Part shown: piece by piece, positions 29,817 through 33,277 of the stretch
How positions within the stretch are numbered: the first letter of the stretch is position 1
Layout: each line of letters opens with the position of its first letter
Source of the DNA: Candidatus Eiseniibacteriota bacterium
GTDB taxonomy: Bacteria > Eisenbacteria > RBG-16-71-46 > JABDJR01 > JAWXBZ01
Assembly (NCBI GenBank): GCA_034440375.1
Contig: JAWXBZ010000008.1
Coordinates: 1-33,277, forward strand
Length of the DNA: 33,277 nucleotides
Direction: 5' to 3'
Notes under the pieces: model-generated
What the model saw: only the letters and a program-made list of their open reading frames with translations
What the model was told of the DNA's origin: nothing
Database searches by the model: none
Translations under genes and position numbers: made by a program

Positions 29817-31280
29817 ATGCCGATCCCGATCTACATTCCCACGCCGCTGCGCCCCTACGCGGGCGGCCAGGACCAAGTGGCGGTGGATGCCGGAACCGTC
29901 GATGAAGCACTGGCATGCCTGACAGCCGCTCATCCGGGACTCAAGAAGCACCTGTATACCGACGATGGCCGGCTCCGCTCCTTCGTCAACGTTTACGTGA
30001 ACGATGATGACATTCGATACCTTGCGGGGGGCACAACGCCGATCAAGGCCGGCGACGTCCTGACCATCGTCCCTTCCATTGCGGGGGGGGTGAGCGAGGC
30101 AGGCCGGCTCAAGGATATCGCGGCCCGGGCAGCCGACGTCACGTTGAGCAACGACGAGATCCAACGCTACAGTCGCCACCTCATCATGCCGGAAGTGACG
30201 ATGGCCGGCCAGAAGCGGCTCAAGGCGGCCAGTGTCCTCGTGATCGGCGCTGGCGGACTCGGCAGCCCGCTCGGCCTTTACCTGGCGGCGGCCGGCGTCG
30301 GGCGGCTGGGGATAGTCGATTTTGACGTCGTCGACGTGACCAATCTCCAGCGGCAGATCCTTCATGGCACGGCGTCGCTCGGAAAGCCGAAACTGGAATC
30401 GGCCCGGGCCCGGCTGTCCGACCTCAATCCGTATGTACATATCGAGACGTACGAAACCGCCCTGACTTCCGAAAATGCACTGGAGCTCTTCCGCGACTAT
30501 GACGTCATCGTGGACGGGACCGACAACTTTCCCACGCGCTACCTGGTCAACGATGCCTCGGTGTTCCTCGACAAGCCGAATGTGTACGGATCAATCTTTC
30601 GCTTCGAGGGGCAGGCATCGGTCTTCTGGGCGGCTGAGGGGCCGTGCTATCGCTGCCTTTACCCGGAACCGCCGCCGCCCGGCCTCGTTCCGTCCTGCGC
30701 CGAGGGGGGTGTGCTCGGCATCCTGCCCGGGATCATCGGCGTGATCCAGGCCACCGAGACGGTGAAGCTGATCCTGGGGGCCGGCACGTCGCTGGTTGGC
30801 CGGCTTCTCCTGTTCGATGCCCTTCGGATGTCCTTCCGCGAATTGAAACTCAAGAAAAATCCCGACTGCCCCGTGTGCGGCCCGAATCGCACCATCCACG
30901 AATTGATCGACTACCAGCAGTTCTGCGGCATCACCCCACACGTGGCCGAACCCGGGGAGGCGGAATTCGAAATCGCGCCGGCGGATTTGAAGTCGCGACT
31001 GGATCGCGGGGATCGGCTCGTGATCGTGGATGTACGGGAGCCCCACGAGTACGAGATCAATCACATTCGGGGAAGCCGGCTGATTCCGCTCGGCCAGGTG
31101 CCGGAGCGAATGCACGAGTTGTCCAGTGCGGACGAAATCATCCTGCACTGCAAGGCCGGGTTGCGGAGTGCCAAGGCGCTGGCCATACTTCGTCAGGCCG
31201 GTTTCAGCCGGCTCAAGAACCTGACGGGCGGAATTGATCGCTGGGCACAGGAAATCGATCCCACGCTGCCGCGCTATTGA
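29817..31280 (+). CDS. Fusion of a CysO/MoaD-like Ubl (aa 1-91, ending SIAGG), a MoeB/ThiF E1 domain and a rhodanese (MoeZ-like)
   Basis: IPTPLR..FVNVYVNDDDIR..IVPSIAGG, then RYSRH, GAGGLG, NLQRQ, CYRC/CPVC, then DVREPHE and HCKAGLRS. Confidence 0.92.
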   Translation: MPIPIYIPTPLRPYAGGQDQVAVDAGTVDEALACLTAAHPGLKKHLYTDDGRLRSFVNVYVNDDDIRYLAGGTTPIKAGDVLTIVPSIAGGVSEAGRLKDIAARAADVTLSNDEIQRYSRHLIMPEVTMAGQKRLKAASVLVIGAGGLGSPLGLYLAAAGVGRLGIVDFDVVDVTNLQRQILHGTASLGKPKLESARARLSDLNPYVHIETYETALTSENALELFRDYDVIVDGTDNFPTRYLVNDASVFLDKPNVYGSIFRFEGQASVFWAAEGPCYRCLYPEPPPPGLVPSCAEGGVLGILPGIIGVIQATETVKLILGAGTSLVGRLLLFDALRMSFRELKLKKNPDCPVCGPNRTIHELIDYQQFCGITPHVAEPGEAEFEIAPADLKSRLDRGDRLVIVDVREPHEYEINHIRGSRLIPLGQVPERMHELSSADEIILHCKAGLRSAKALAILRQAGFSRLKNLTGGIDRWAQEIDPTLPRY

Positions 31281-31336
31281 GGCCCTGGCCCATTTCGCCA
31301 ACCGGCCGCCCGTCGTAACGGCAGGAGATCCGGACG

Positions 31337-32956
31337 ATGAAAATTGCGGCCATCGATGTCGGCTCCAATTCGCTGCACCTGCTCATTGCGCGAATCCTGC
31401 CGGATCACTCACATGAAGTGATCTACAAGGACAAGTCGATGGTTCGCCTCGGCTCCCGGTCGTTCGCGCGTGGAGAACTGACCTTGTCCACCCAGCGCCG
31501 GGCCTTCCTGGCCCTCGAGCGCTTCGCCGAGGTCATCAAGCGCTTCGAAGTGGATGTGGTCCTGGGTGTTGCGACCAGCGCCGTCCGCGAGGCGTCGAAC
31601 GGCACGGCGTTCCTGCGCGAGGTCCGGCGCCGCACCGGCCTCAAGATCGACCGGATCTCGGGATCGGAAGAGGCCCGCCTGGTGGCGGTGGCGGTGGCGA
31701 GTCTGCCGCCATTCCACCAGGGGCAGCACCTGGTGGTCGACATCGGCGGCGGCTCCACCGAACTGGCCTTCCTTGACGACGAGGAGCCGCAATTCATGGA
31801 GAGCATTCGAATCGGGGCGATCCGCCTGGCGGACGCGGTTGTCGTGAAGGACCGACCCGGCAAGAAGGGGCTCAAGCAATACATGGCGGCCGCCCGGGAT
31901 CAGATGGGCGCCGTTCATCGCCGCCTCCGCGATCAGAAATTCGATGCGGTGGCGGGAACCTCCGGCACGATCGTTTGCCTCGGCATGCTGGCTGCCCGTC
32001 GCGCCGGGCGCTCCATCGCGCGAGGGGAAACGTTCGTCGTCAAGAAGGATGAGCTGGTCCGGGAGTTGGCCAGCCTGGCCTCACTGTCGCTCGAGGAGCG
32101 GAGCGACTACATGGGGGATCAGGGCCCGCGCGCCGATATCATCATCCCCGGCGGGGCCATCCTGCTGGCGGTACTCGATGGCGTCAAGATCGATGGTGTT
32201 CACATTCCCGACCGCTCCATTCGTGACGGCATGATTTTGGATTACATCCGCCAGCGCCTCGAAGCAACGCCCAGCGATCACCTGAAGGGGCTGGCCCGCA
32301 TCGCCGGGACACCGAGTGGCGACCGATACGACCCTCACATGGTTCGCGAGCGAAATCTGGTGTCGTTCGCCCGGCGGTATCAGTACGAGGCCCGCCATGC
32401 ACACCAGGTAATGAGACTGGCCGGCCGCCTGTTCGATGAGACATCCGAGATGCACGGGCTCGGCACAGAGGAAAAGTTCTATCTCGAGGCGGCGGCGCTG
32501 CTGCACGACATCGGGCAGTTCATCGCCTACAGCCAGCACCACAAACACTCCCTTTACCTCATACTGAACGGCAATCTGGCCGGATTCAGCGAGCGGGAGG
32601 TTGCGGTGATCGGCAACGTGGCGCGATACCATCGAAAGGGATTCCCACGGGTGTCGCACCTGGAATACTCCGGGCTGGCCCCGGAAGATCGACGTCTGGT
32701 GGTCCGGCTGGCGGCCCTGCTTCGGGTGGCGGACGCCCTGGATCATGGACACCTCAGCTCCGTCAGTCGGATCCGGCTGGAGCGAAAGCGCGGCAAGGTG
32801 ACGATTAACCTGACGGCTAACCGGGACTGCCAGGCCGAGATGGATCGGGCCGCCCGCAAAGCGGACCTCTTCGAGGAAACCTATGGCTGCCGGGTTGCGT
32901 TCATGGCACGACGCCGATCCGGGTCAAAGAGATCGGGTGCGGCCGCCGTTGCCTGA
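31337..32956 (+). CDS. ppx: Ppx/GppA exopolyphosphatase with C-terminal HD domain
   Basis: AAIDVGSNS, ATSAVREASN, ISGSEEA, DIGGGSTE and ALLHDIG. Confidence 0.92.
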   Translation: MKIAAIDVGSNSLHLLIARILPDHSHEVIYKDKSMVRLGSRSFARGELTLSTQRRAFLALERFAEVIKRFEVDVVLGVATSAVREASNGTAFLREVRRRTGLKIDRISGSEEARLVAVAVASLPPFHQGQHLVVDIGGGSTELAFLDDEEPQFMESIRIGAIRLADAVVVKDRPGKKGLKQYMAAARDQMGAVHRRLRDQKFDAVAGTSGTIVCLGMLAARRAGRSIARGETFVVKKDELVRELASLASLSLEERSDYMGDQGPRADIIIPGGAILLAVLDGVKIDGVHIPDRSIRDGMILDYIRQRLEATPSDHLKGLARIAGTPSGDRYDPHMVRERNLVSFARRYQYEARHAHQVMRLAGRLFDETSEMHGLGTEEKFYLEAAALLHDIGQFIAYSQHHKHSLYLILNGNLAGFSEREVAVIGNVARYHRKGFPRVSHLEYSGLAPEDRRLVVRLAALLRVADALDHGHLSSVSRIRLERKRGKVTINLTANRDCQAEMDRAARKADLFEETYGCRVAFMARRRSGSKRSGAAAVA

Positions 32957-32996
32957 TCGGCCGAGACCGGCCGACGAATATCGACTGGAGGAATCA

Positions 32997-33277
32997 ATGA
33001 GAAATAAATGGATGTTGACGATTGCCGGTGTTGCGACGACCTGCGGCACGATCCTGCTCGCCTCGGCATTGACGATGGGGCTGTGGGGTTGTCAGTCCGG
33101 CGGCCAGAACAACGCCACCCGGAACCCGCCACCCGCCAGCACCACACCGCCCCCCGATCAAGCGATGAACCAGCCTCACTCGCACCCGGATCCCGGCACG
33201 ACAGCTGGCGAGCCGGCCGAAACGATTCCGGCGAGGACCAACCCGAAGCCGACACCCGCTCCGCGCCGGCCGAAGCC
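32997..33277 (+). CDS. Putative lipoprotein (partial, runs off the window)
   Basis: GGAGGA RBS, then MRNKWMLTIAG...MGLWGC (lipobox-like) and a Pro/Thr-rich linker, open to the window end. Confidence 0.65.
   Translation, partial: MRNKWMLTIAGVATTCGTILLASALTMGLWGCQSGGQNNATRNPPPASTTPPPDQAMNQPHSHPDPGTTAGEPAETIPARTNPKPTPAPRRPK

Overview
GC-rich bacterial chromosome segment spanning the replication origin. The left arm is mostly on the minus strand: two candidate modification-dependent restriction nucleases, an SGNH/MgtC-like/TauE/PspC membrane cluster, a plus-strand nitrilase, a decayed vapB-vapC'-vapB locus, then dnaA-[oriC]-dnaN-dciA-gyrB-gyrA-rex with no recF. The right arm is mostly on the plus strand: rpmH-rnpA-yidD-yidC-mnmE-mnmG-rsmG-[3x parS]-parA-parB-bactofilin. 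It continues with minus-strand larA-like and alpha/beta hydrolase genes, a divergent cysM-mec-(Ubl-MoeZ fusion) sulfur-relay operon, ppx/gppA and a partial lipoprotein. The most notable observations are: (1) a G8 tract at the Ubl di-glycine, where loss of one G turns the fusion into free Ubl-GG-stop plus an overlapping GTG-started MoeZ; (2) a ~200-nt two-hairpin, U8-terminated candidate ncRNA upstream of larA; (3) a DnaA-box plus IHF-like cluster ~11 kb from oriC in a convergent gap; (4) a recurring 25-bp TAA-N19-TTR motif and a perfect 30-bp palindrome of DnaA boxes; (5) a clear DnaA-trio unwinding element. All family calls are from motif recognition by eye; no database searches were run.
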